A stretch of DNA of 64,000 nt from a virus. A program made the position numbers and the translations under genes. The notes under the pieces were generated by a model. That model did no database searches and had not been told where the DNA came from. It saw nothing but the letters and a program-made list of their open reading frames with translations. Within the stretch, counting starts at the first letter, position 1. Every line of letters starts with the position of its first letter. Shown here in pieces: positions 1 to 8,830 of this stretch. The stretch covers positions 32,001 through 96,000 of the IMG/VR virus record IMGVR_UViG_3300048592_001371; one strand, written 5' to 3'.

Positions 1-2
1 CC

Positions 3-2735
3 TACATTCTTCAAGGTACTGATCCTACCAACCTTGCTCACTGGCAGGAATTGCTGACACCGACGGATTCGGTAGCGTCCGTGAATGGCATGACGGGTGT
101 CGTTACGATCAGCACGATCACCGGCAATGCTGGTTCTGCAACGATTCTGCAAACGGGACGCACTATCGGAATGACAGGCGACGTGACGTGGACCAGCGCC
201 TCCTTCGATGGTTCTGGTAACGTCACGGGTTCTTCTACTCTGGCAAACTCCGGCGTCTCTCCCGGAACATACACCTCCGTGACGGTCGATGCCAAGGGTC
301 GTGTGACTTCCGGTTCCAATCCAGGTGGTGGCACGTTTGCGGACGGAACGGCCGGTTCACCCAGTATTACCTTCACTGCCGATACAGACACAGGTTTCTA
401 CCGCCAAGCTGCGAACACGATTGGAGTAGCGGCGGGCGGAATCGAGATAGGGCGTCTGTACAACAATGGTGGATACGGACAATTCCTGGTCAACGACACC
501 AACCCGAACCCGTCTCGTCCGATATATAGCGCGGTTGGCTTTGGCACTACCGGCTTCCACATCGGTAGCGCGACTTATGCGGGTATCTCGATCCAAGGAA
601 CAATGCGCCTGACAGTAGATAACACCGGGGCTGGCGTTAATGGCACCTTGAGCTGCAATGCTTTCACGGGTGGCGAAATCTCGATGAAGCCTGGCATAAG
701 CAATCCAGCGTATGGTGTAACGATCGAGGCCGGAGAGAATTCTGCTTCGGGGAACACGTCGGGAACGGTGTCGATCAAAGGTGGCTCTGGCGCGACGTGG
801 AACGCTCACGGTGGTTCTGTCCTACTCAGAGGTGGCGTGGCAGGCGCTACGAACCGCAACTCAGGTGATGTGAACATTGAGACTCCGGTTCCTACAGGCT
901 CCGGCAATGCTGGTAACATCTACATTCGTACGAATAACGTCCTGCGCTTCCGTATCAATGAATCAGGAGCCTTGGGTGTAGGTGTTGGCGCAAGCTACGG
1001 CAGTACGGGGCAGGTTCTTACGTCCCAGGGTACTAACTCGATTCCCATCTGGAGCACCATTTCGTCCACGCCGGCTGGTTCCAATACGGAGATTCAGTAC
1101 AACAACGCGGGAGCGTTTGGTGCCAGCTCCTACCACGCCTGGAATAACACTACTCGTGTGCTGACAGTTGCGGGCCCTGATTCGACAACGGCTACCATAG
1201 AAAACTTGACTGGCGACCAAAGACACCTTCTGATTAAAGCTGGAACGGCTGGGGCTAGCATGAATGGTGGCAACCTATCATTGCAGGCTACTGCTGGTTT
1301 GGCCGGTTCCAATGGTGGTAACGTCTTAATTACGGCCGGCGATGCTACTCTGGCTGTCGCGAACGTAGGCAAGATAGTGCTGCAGGCCGGATTGGCACCC
1401 TCCGGTAGCTCCACCGGGTACATCCAACTGGCCACATCAGCAGCTAACGCTTCCGTAAGTAGGTTGGTCATCAATCAAAACGGCTCGTGGTCCCTCGGTA
1501 ACCCAGGTGCCGGCACTGGTACAGCGGGGCAGTATTTTCAATCCGCTGGCTCCGGATCCCCGCCAACGTGGCAGTCATTCCCGACGACTGTGGCTGGATA
1601 TGGTATCACCGACGTCTATACCAAGACCGAGGTGGACAGTCTCATCACGGGACTTGATTTCAAAGCTTCTGTCCGTGTAGCTACTACGGCTCCGATTACG
1701 CTGTCGGGCACGCAGACAATCGACGGTGTTTCCGTGATTGCCGGTGACAGGGTACTCGTCAAGGATCAGGGAACGGCTTCCGAGAACGGCATTTACGTCT
1801 GCGCGGCCGGGTCCTGGTCACGGTCTACAGACGCGGACGTCAGTGCCGAAGTCACTACGGGAATGTATGTCTTCGTCAGCGAAGGTACATCGAACGCAGA
1901 TTCGGGCTGGGTGTTGTCGACCAATGACGCAATCACGTTAGGAACAACGGGTTTGACCTTCGTCCAGTTCAACGGCTTGGGGCAGATCACTGCGGGGGCC
2001 GGTCTTACCAAGACTGGCAACCAGTTGGACATCGTTACGGCCTCCTCTTCCCGTATCGTGGTAAACGCCAATGACATCGATCTGGCGACTACGGGTGTTG
2101 GCGCGGGAACGTACAATTCGTTGACCGTTGACGTGTATGGACGCGTAACGGCTGGTTCCAATCCGACGACACTTGCTGGGTACGGAATCACCGACGCACA
2201 GGGACTTGACACTACTCTGACTGCGCTGGCTGCGTTCAACACCAACGGTCTGATGGTGCAAACGGCTGCGGACACGTTCAACGCCAGAACACTGACAGGT
2301 ACGGCCAATCGCATCACCATTACGAACGGTGATGGTGTATCGGGCAACCCCGTGTTCGACATTGGTACAGACGTCGTGACGTTGACAGGCACGCAAACGC
2401 TGACCAACAAGACGATGACCAACGCTGACAATACGGCCCAAACGCTGACGGACGCGGCAACCATCAGTTGGGATATGAACAGCGGTGGTATTGCTACTGT
2501 GACGCTGGGTGGAAACCGGACGATGGCGGCGCCGACCAATCTCAAGAAAGGCACGTACATCTTGAAGGTGATTCAGGACGGTACGGGTAGCAGAACATTG
2601 GCCTGGAACGCGGTCTTCAAGTGGGCCAGCGGCACGGCACCTACTCTGTCGACAGCGGCCGGCACGGTGGACATACTGACATTCGTGTGCGACGGTACGA
2701 ACATGTACGGAAGCATTGTCAAGGCATTCTCTTAA
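3..2735 (+). CDS. Long tail fibre protein, 5' truncated by the window edge
   Basis: The frame is open from nt 3 (YILQGTDPTNLAHWQELLTPTDSV...). It is Gly/Thr-rich with fibre repeats (GTYTSVTVDAKGRVT, PTTLAGYGITDA), has the GLDFKASVRVA...GDRVLVKDQ domain, and ends in a ~95-aa domain (DILTFVCDGTNMYG). Confidence 0.85.
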   Translation, partial: YILQGTDPTNLAHWQELLTPTDSVASVNGMTGVVTISTITGNAGSATILQTGRTIGMTGDVTWTSASFDGSGNVTGSSTLANSGVSPGTYTSVTVDAKGRVTSGSNPGGGTFADGTAGSPSITFTADTDTGFYRQAANTIGVAAGGIEIGRLYNNGGYGQFLVNDTNPNPSRPIYSAVGFGTTGFHIGSATYAGISIQGTMRLTVDNTGAGVNGTLSCNAFTGGEISMKPGISNPAYGVTIEAGENSASGNTSGTVSIKGGSGATWNAHGGSVLLRGGVAGATNRNSGDVNIETPVPTGSGNAGNIYIRTNNVLRFRINESGALGVGVGASYGSTGQVLTSQGTNSIPIWSTISSTPAGSNTEIQYNNAGAFGASSYHAWNNTTRVLTVAGPDSTTATIENLTGDQRHLLIKAGTAGASMNGGNLSLQATAGLAGSNGGNVLITAGDATLAVANVGKIVLQAGLAPSGSSTGYIQLATSAANASVSRLVINQNGSWSLGNPGAGTGTAGQYFQSAGSGSPPTWQSFPTTVAGYGITDVYTKTEVDSLITGLDFKASVRVATTAPITLSGTQTIDGVSVIAGDRVLVKDQGTASENGIYVCAAGSWSRSTDADVSAEVTTGMYVFVSEGTSNADSGWVLSTNDAITLGTTGLTFVQFNGLGQITAGAGLTKTGNQLDIVTASSSRIVVNANDIDLATTGVGAGTYNSLTVDVYGRVTAGSNPTTLAGYGITDAQGLDTTLTALAAFNTNGLMVQTAADTFNARTLTGTANRITITNGDGVSGNPVFDIGTDVVTLTGTQTLTNKTMTNADNTAQTLTDAATISWDMNSGGIATVTLGGNRTMAAPTNLKKGTYILKVIQDGTGSRTLAWNAVFKWASGTAPTLSTAAGTVDILTFVCDGTNMYGSIVKAFS

Positions 2736-2752
2736 TAGCAACTGGAGGTATC

Positions 2753-3229
2753 ATGCAGAAAAGATACTGGAGAACATTGGGTGGGCTGGACGCGTATCTT
2801 GGCCAGTCGTTCAAGAACGACGATGGTACGAGTTACCCCGCGAATTGGTTGTCGCTGTCTAGCCCAGAAGAGAAACTGGCTATAGGTCTGCAGGAAATAG
2901 TTGAGGAAGTTGTGGAAGAGCCTCCGACACCCGCAACAGCCTTGGAGCTGATCGAAAACGCCAAGAATGCCAAGTTGGCAGGAGTCGTTTCGTGGAATGG
3001 TTATTTCTTTCCTGCGAATCCGATGTTCCAAGCACAGATAACAGGACTTGTACTCTCCTTCCGGGAAGGTATCCTGCCTGCGGATAGTCAGGTTGAAGTG
3101 CGAACAGCGGATAACGTGACCTTGATGCTGACCAAGGCCCAACTCCTAGAACTGTCTGGCGTTCTGTTGCAATACGTTCGGCAGGCTTACAAAGACGCTT
3201 GGGATGCGATCGACGCTTTAGCAGTCTAA
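2753..3229 (+). CDS. Tail fibre assembly/accessory protein (DUF4376-like C-terminus)
   Basis: GGAGG RBS before ATG 2753; lies directly after the fibre gene; motifs YPANWL and RTADNVTLMLT. Confidence 0.6.
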   Translation: MQKRYWRTLGGLDAYLGQSFKNDDGTSYPANWLSLSSPEEKLAIGLQEIVEEVVEEPPTPATALELIENAKNAKLAGVVSWNGYFFPANPMFQAQITGLVLSFREGILPADSQVEVRTADNVTLMLTKAQLLELSGVLLQYVRQAYKDAWDAIDALAV

Positions 3230-3238
3230 GGTGATACG

Positions 3239-4021
3239 ATGCTTCTGAATCCCATAGCATTTTGGTCGCCTGAAGTAGCGCCGACAAGTTTCGTATTCAA
3301 CGCGACAATCGCGTCCAACATCTACAATTACAACATAAAGTCTGCGGCCATAGCAGCCGGATGGAATCAGATATTACCCTTAACCGCTAACATCGCTATC
3401 AACAGCGGTATCTTTGTCGGTTCCACCTCCCCGGGAACACCAGCCTTCGATACTGGAATAACCTTCCCTGTAGGCAGTACGCTCGCGCTCATAAATCTGG
3501 GACGCATACAAGGGAAGGGTGGACAAGGAGGTTACGGGGCCGTTAGCTACAACGCCGCGAATGGATCTGCGGGTGGTACGGCGCTACGTGCTCAATACGC
3601 CATTTCCATTACCAACGGTAGTGGTTTAATATACGGAGGTGGCGGTGGCGGTGGCGGTGGTAGCAAAGTCTACTTCATGTCAGGCGACAAAACCCCCACC
3701 TGTTCAGCTGATGGATTCGGCGGTGGTGGTGGCGGTGGCGGTCAAGGATTCGATGGTGGGGCTTACGGCACAGGCTGGCATCCATACAATAACGGAAATT
3801 CCGGTACGTACTCGGCAGCCGGTGGTGTGAACACAATCAACTGTAGCCCGGCTGGCGTTGGTGGTAGCGCGGGCTCCTCTGGAGCAAACGGTGGACATCA
3901 GGCGGGTTACTGCGGAATTCATTATTCGGCGGGAACCGGGGGACCAGCCGGGTATGCGGTAATAGGTAACTCGTACATCACTTGGTTATCGGTAGGTACT
4001 CGACTCGGTCCAATTATCTGA
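3239..4021 (+). CDS. T2/T6 gp38-like glycine-rich receptor-binding adhesin
   Basis: The pattern NLGRIQGKGGQGG...AGGTAL...ITNGSGLIYGGGGGGGGG...GGPAGYAVIG...TW...GTRLG matches the polyglycine-II sandwich layout of gp38. Confidence 0.75.
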   Translation: MLLNPIAFWSPEVAPTSFVFNATIASNIYNYNIKSAAIAAGWNQILPLTANIAINSGIFVGSTSPGTPAFDTGITFPVGSTLALINLGRIQGKGGQGGYGAVSYNAANGSAGGTALRAQYAISITNGSGLIYGGGGGGGGGSKVYFMSGDKTPTCSADGFGGGGGGGGQGFDGGAYGTGWHPYNNGNSGTYSAAGGVNTINCSPAGVGGSAGSSGANGGHQAGYCGIHYSAGTGGPAGYAVIGNSYITWLSVGTRLGPII

Positions 4022-4031
4022 TAGGGAAATC

Positions 4032-4367
4032 ATGAATATCAAATGGCGAATCCTTGAATTGAATAAGGCTACTGGAAGTATCGTTGTCAATTTCTTCGAC
4101 GACACATTACTACCCGTAGGAGTTTCTTACAACTTTGATCTTCCAATCACAAACGGAGCCTTGCCCTCTGAAGAAGCTATCAAGGCTATGGTAAACGCTC
4201 AGATACCAATGCATATCTTCGATCGTATTGTTCAGCTACAATCGACAATAGACTCGACTTCGGTCGAAGAAATGATGTCCAAGACATACATAGCTGAGCC
4301 GCCCATCGGAGATATTCCGCCAATTGAAGTAATAGTGCAGCCAGCAATCGGGGTTGAGAATGTCTAG
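4032..4367 (+). CDS. Hypothetical tail-associated protein
   Basis: 111-aa ORF with RBS, in operon between tail genes. Confidence 0.6.
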   Translation: MNIKWRILELNKATGSIVVNFFDDTLLPVGVSYNFDLPITNGALPSEEAIKAMVNAQIPMHIFDRIVQLQSTIDSTSVEEMMSKTYIAEPPIGDIPPIEVIVQPAIGVENV

Positions 4368-4866
4368 TGTTAAATTCTCGAATCGCGTCGTTGGAGATTT
4401 CATCTTATACGAAGCAATTGGGGAAATCGGGGATACGCACGCGTTACGTTTCCCAGTAGAGATTCTTCCTGGGGAAGAACCCTACATTCCTGTGATTTTG
4501 TCCGGGAAATGGACATTCGGTCCCTTCCCCGATGACGTCACTATTGAGATGCTTCCTGGACATACTGGACATCTCAATCCCAAACCGGCCGGTTCTCGCG
4601 TCATCACTTGTGTCGAACCTGGCAAGTACATCTGTTGTCATCCAGTAGCCCGGGGTAACAAATTCGGACACCGACGCATAGTGCTTGCTCAAAACGAGGA
4701 AACAACAATTCGACAGGGTGCTACGCTCGTGGTTGCAACAGGAGACTTCAACCTCAATGCGGGTGTAACGAAAAACTCCCCTTTGATTGCAAATGTCCAA
4801 TCAGGCGACGCTGTGCTGAAAGCTATCTCGGCCCAGGTAATAGCAGTAGAGCTCTGGAAGCTGTGA
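4360..4866 (+). CDS. Hypothetical beta-rich (cupin-like?) protein
   Basis: ATG 4360 overlaps the upstream gene; the fold is a guess from alternating hydrophobic strands. Confidence 0.55.
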   Translation: MSSVKFSNRVVGDFILYEAIGEIGDTHALRFPVEILPGEEPYIPVILSGKWTFGPFPDDVTIEMLPGHTGHLNPKPAGSRVITCVEPGKYICCHPVARGNKFGHRRIVLAQNEETTIRQGATLVVATGDFNLNAGVTKNSPLIANVQSGDAVLKAISAQVIAVELWKL

Positions 4867-5639
4867 AGAAGCTTCATGTAATAGCCGGCTTGCCGCGCTC
4901 GGGGTCAACTCTGTTATCGGCGGTTCTGAAACAGAACCCCAAGTTTTACGCGGACATTACTTCGCCTCTGCTGAATTACGCAAGGGCGATTATAGACGAG
5001 ACGAGCAGGATTCCAGGAGCGGAAGCAACGGTTTCGGAAGAGGCTAGAGAACGCATCATTCGTGGGATTTTTGAGAGCTTTTACCTCGACTCCCCGAACG
5101 TAGTGTTCAATACGAACAGGACATGGTGTTCTGAGCTGCCTCTGTTAAAGGAAGTCTTTCCAGAAGCAAAGGTGATAGCTTGCGTTCGAGGATTAGGCTG
5201 GATAGCGGATTCGTTAGAGTTGCTATACCGAAAACATCCTACCTCTGTGCCCGGTATGTTCTTCAACGGGGACAGTAGGGCGAATGTGGAGCAACGAATC
5301 TCTACTTTGCTCAAGGACAACAGATTAATCGGAAGCGCTTTATCCTCGTTACGGGAAGGTCTTGCAAGTGAGCATTCGAAGGACGTACTGTTAGTCGAGT
5401 ATGACATGCTGACATCGAATCCAGGTGTCGAACTGCGACGCATATACGACTTCCTAGGTGAGCCAAATTTCGTTCATGATCTTGGATCTGTTTCGTATAA
5501 GAACGTAGCGTTCGATGAATCAGTTCGGATACCGGGCTTACATACAATCCGAAGACAGGTAACACACGTTCCGAGAAAGACCATTTTGCCGTATTCGCTG
5601 TTTGAGTCGCTAGAAGCGCAGAACTTCTGGCGTGTGTGA
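4863..5639 (+). CDS. Sulfotransferase family protein
   Basis: 5'-PSB motif IAGLPRSGSTLL, followed by KVIACVR...DS and LLVEYDML. Confidence 0.85.
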   Translation: MKKLHVIAGLPRSGSTLLSAVLKQNPKFYADITSPLLNYARAIIDETSRIPGAEATVSEEARERIIRGIFESFYLDSPNVVFNTNRTWCSELPLLKEVFPEAKVIACVRGLGWIADSLELLYRKHPTSVPGMFFNGDSRANVEQRISTLLKDNRLIGSALSSLREGLASEHSKDVLLVEYDMLTSNPGVELRRIYDFLGEPNFVHDLGSVSYKNVAFDESVRIPGLHTIRRQVTHVPRKTILPYSLFESLEAQNFWRV

Positions 5640-5660
5640 TAACTCTTCTAAGGACAGAGA

Positions 5661-6662
5661 ATGTTACTAGCACCCATGTCCTTTTGGACACCAGAAGTAG
5701 GAGGTGGAGGTGGGCCGTCTGGATCATCCTTGGTAGTAACGCACAATAACTCCCCGTATCTGATTAGGTACAATACGAGTGACTGGAGCCAGCTGGCAAA
5801 TCCAGGGACGTTACCTACAGGAAACGCAAACCACGCGGCATTTTCTCCAAACGGATCATTGCTGGCGATAGCGCATAACACGGCGCCGTACATAACCATC
5901 TACGAGACGGCGACGTGGACAAAGCTGCCGAATCCCTCGACGCTCCCGACCGGAGATGCGAACCGTGTGCGTTTTTCTCCGGATGGCAGCAAACTTGTTG
6001 TCACTTCGTATAACGCCTATTCTGGTGCGTCTAAGCTCCTTGTTTATGACACCAGTACGTGGGCCGCAATTTCTCCCGCATCACTCCCAGGGGGTATCCG
6101 GTGCTGGGGCGTTGATTTTTCACCCGACGGAACGCGATGCGCTGTCGGAGGTGTCTCGGCACCTAGGTTAGTGATATACGATACGGCCACATGGACGCCG
6201 ATTACCGGGCCTTCTTCGTTACCTACAGGTACGGGAACCTTTTATTGCTCCTTCTCACCGGACGGAACAAAATTAGCGGTTACGGATACGCTTACTCCCT
6301 GGATCTATATCTACAATACGAATGATTGGAGCAAACTAGCAAATCCCGCGGTATTACCGGGTTCTAACGGTCGAGGATGTTCTTGGTCGCCAGATGGGTC
6401 AAAATTGGCAGTAACCTCTACCTCGTCTCCTAGCTTGTCTGTCTATGAGACAACGGGGTGGACAAAGCTTACAATTCCGGGAGCCGCTCCAGCCGCGGGT
6501 AACCGATGCAAGTTTTCCCCCGATGGTACAAAGCTCGCTGTTTGCGATGGAACGACGTCTCCGTACATATTGCTGTATGAAACTGCCGGTTGGACACGTT
6601 TAGCTAACCCAGCTGTTTTACCCGCCGGTGCCGGCCAATCCCCGGCCTGGTCTCCGAATTAA
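5661..6662 (+). CDS. WD40-like beta-propeller protein, probable tail tip/receptor-binding protein
   Basis: About seven repeats of (F/W)SPDG(T/S)KLAV...IY(E/D)T.TW.KL.NP..LP.G. Confidence 0.8.
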   Translation: MLLAPMSFWTPEVGGGGGPSGSSLVVTHNNSPYLIRYNTSDWSQLANPGTLPTGNANHAAFSPNGSLLAIAHNTAPYITIYETATWTKLPNPSTLPTGDANRVRFSPDGSKLVVTSYNAYSGASKLLVYDTSTWAAISPASLPGGIRCWGVDFSPDGTRCAVGGVSAPRLVIYDTATWTPITGPSSLPTGTGTFYCSFSPDGTKLAVTDTLTPWIYIYNTNDWSKLANPAVLPGSNGRGCSWSPDGSKLAVTSTSSPSLSVYETTGWTKLTIPGAAPAAGNRCKFSPDGTKLAVCDGTTSPYILLYETAGWTRLANPAVLPAGAGQSPAWSPN

Positions 6663-6681
6663 CTTTGTCTGAGGAAATATC

Positions 6682-8553
6682 ATGGTCACAAGAGTAGGCT
6701 CGACAGTTCTAAAACCGAACCTTGTCCTTCCGGGCAATGAATCACTGACGATCCCCAAGGGTACGACGGCGCAAGCTCCTTCACCTGTGAATGGTATGCT
6801 CCGTTACGATGAGACGACCAACAAGTTCCGGGTAGTCGAGAACGGCGTCTGGGTTGATGGAGTTGGCGGTGGTGGTTCGAGTATCTTCAGTGATCTAGCG
6901 GCCGCGACTGCCGCTAACACCATCAATAACGGAGATCATCAACAGATCTGGAACTGGTCGCTTACCACGCTCAACAAGGTGGCGTTAAGCCTTGCGGAAA
7001 ACGTGGCGTCGACAGGCGTGAACTCCAAGATTCTTGAGATAGCGACGCTTGCTGGATCTACTGCCTCCCCTATACTCGTAAGCATTGGCGGACAAGCCGT
7101 ATTCCAAGTAATGAATACAGGAAGTGTTTCGCTAATCGCCACCGACGATGCCGGTAACGCCCTATCGTTAGCGGCGGGTAGTGGAGGGGCCTCTAGCCAG
7201 GGTGGGGTCGTGTCCATCGCAGCAGGTTACGCTGGCACAGGCAGTGCGCCGAATCGAGTTGGTGGGTCAGTGAACATAGAGGGTGGCAGTGGTCAGAACT
7301 CTGACAATATCGGCGATGGTGGCTATGTTGAGATTCGGGGTGGTGGCGCCGATCCGACGCAAGGTAACGGAGGATACGTCTGGATGTACGGAGGCAATTC
7401 CGATACATTAGGAGGCGGTGGTTACGTCCTAATAGAAGGGGGTTCTTCCGCCGTCGAAGGAAATGGAGGAAACCTAACGCTGAATGGTGGAAACGGGGCC
7501 GGCACAGGTACTCCGGGTTCCTTGATGTTGAATGGTGGAACGAGTGATCTGCTCGGAGGTGCCATCACCATTCAAGGCGGGGCTGCGGGTGGTACAGACC
7601 AAAGCGGTGGTAACGTCGTTATCGTTTCAGGCGATTGCACAGGAAACAATGGTTTCTCCGAAGTAGACCTGCGCAGTGGTCTGCTCGATTCCGGTACGAT
7701 GACAGCTAGTCTCATCGCGGTACAGACGCCAAGCAACGACGGCATGGGAAATAAGTCTGGTGGATCTATTGTGATCCAGGGTGGTGATGGAGACGATGGT
7801 GCTACTCCAGAAGACGCGCAAGGTGGTGGAATAAACATCTTTGCTGGATACGGTGGTCTGACAGGCGGCAATGGTGGAACCATTTCTATCTACGCTGGTG
7901 GTGCTCAGGGTGGTAATGATGACGGTGGCGATGCTGTTATCGGGGCCGGTGCCGCAGATGGTACGGGACAACACGGCAGTGTTATGCTTGTTGCAAACAA
8001 CACCAACGTCCAGCTCACAGGAACAGGGTCACTCGCGCATTGGCACCCATCGAATACTCTGCAAACAACCGACACCGATGGTTTCCTCTACATCCGTGGT
8101 ATGCCCGGTGTTCCAACAGGGACGCCGAATGCGTATGGTACTAGTCACCCCTTGGCGTGGGACAGCAGTGGCTCAGCTCTGTACGTCTACGACACGGCTT
8201 GGCACAAGTTAGCAACTGTAGATGCCATCAACATCTATACCAAGACACAGATCAGCGAAGCTGTGAGCTTGGGTCATAACACGGCTTGGGACGCAAGTGA
8301 CAACCAACATCTGATGGTGAACGTGAACGGAAGCGCTTTCACTGTTGCCAATCCGACAAATCAGCAGAACCAAGCGTACTACTCGATGTATATCGAATTC
8401 ACCACGACACACTCGGTCTCCTTCGGCAATGCATTCAAAGGACTGGCCGGATACACTCCCTCAGCTACGGCGGGCAAGAAGGACCACCTCACATTCAGAA
8501 GCGACGGTACGAACCTGATGTGCACAGGTATCGCTACGGACATTGGAGCCTAA
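6682..8553 (+). CDS. Glycine-rich tail fibre protein
   Basis: IPKGTTAQ...NGMLRY N-terminal motif, repeated GG.V.I.(A/G)G units, and the same C-terminal domain type as 3..2735 (DHLTFRSDGTNL). Confidence 0.75.
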   Translation: MVTRVGSTVLKPNLVLPGNESLTIPKGTTAQAPSPVNGMLRYDETTNKFRVVENGVWVDGVGGGGSSIFSDLAAATAANTINNGDHQQIWNWSLTTLNKVALSLAENVASTGVNSKILEIATLAGSTASPILVSIGGQAVFQVMNTGSVSLIATDDAGNALSLAAGSGGASSQGGVVSIAAGYAGTGSAPNRVGGSVNIEGGSGQNSDNIGDGGYVEIRGGGADPTQGNGGYVWMYGGNSDTLGGGGYVLIEGGSSAVEGNGGNLTLNGGNGAGTGTPGSLMLNGGTSDLLGGAITIQGGAAGGTDQSGGNVVIVSGDCTGNNGFSEVDLRSGLLDSGTMTASLIAVQTPSNDGMGNKSGGSIVIQGGDGDDGATPEDAQGGGINIFAGYGGLTGGNGGTISIYAGGAQGGNDDGGDAVIGAGAADGTGQHGSVMLVANNTNVQLTGTGSLAHWHPSNTLQTTDTDGFLYIRGMPGVPTGTPNAYGTSHPLAWDSSGSALYVYDTAWHKLATVDAINIYTKTQISEAVSLGHNTAWDASDNQHLMVNVNGSAFTVANPTNQQNQAYYSMYIEFTTTHSVSFGNAFKGLAGYTPSATAGKKDHLTFRSDGTNLMCTGIATDIGA

Positions 8554-8554
8554 G

Positions 8555-8785
8555 ATGAGAGTACGTAGCCGTAGCGAAATCGTTGGTCTGAGAAGGCAGC
8601 GTGGCTTCCTAGGAGGTATGGGCCCCGCAGCGAGCGGAGGAATTTCAGCCCTTCCTGAAATCGGACATTCCCTCCGTTTCAATTCGGCAGACTCGGCCTA
8701 TGCAACAATGGTTCCCGCAGTAGGGTATTTCGGCGCAATTCTAACACCCAAGGAAGTCCAGCAATTCCGGGACATGTACGAATGA
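8555..8785 (+). pseudogene. Probable internally deleted LamG/concanavalin-like tip protein
   Basis: The 76-aa ORF joins a typical domain start (SLRFNSADSAY) almost directly to a typical domain end (ILTPKEVQQFRDMY). Confidence 0.45.
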
Positions 8786-8793
8786 CGATAGTC

Positions 8794-8807
8794 ACAATAA
8801 TTTAAGA
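8794..8807 (+). promoter_or_regulatory. Putative phage late promoter ACAATAATTTAAGA
   Basis: An identical 14-mer occurs at 30553-30566; both copies are intergenic and upstream of structural or lysis operons. Confidence 0.55.
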
Positions 8808-8830
8808 GTGACGGATATAGGAAGGAAAAG

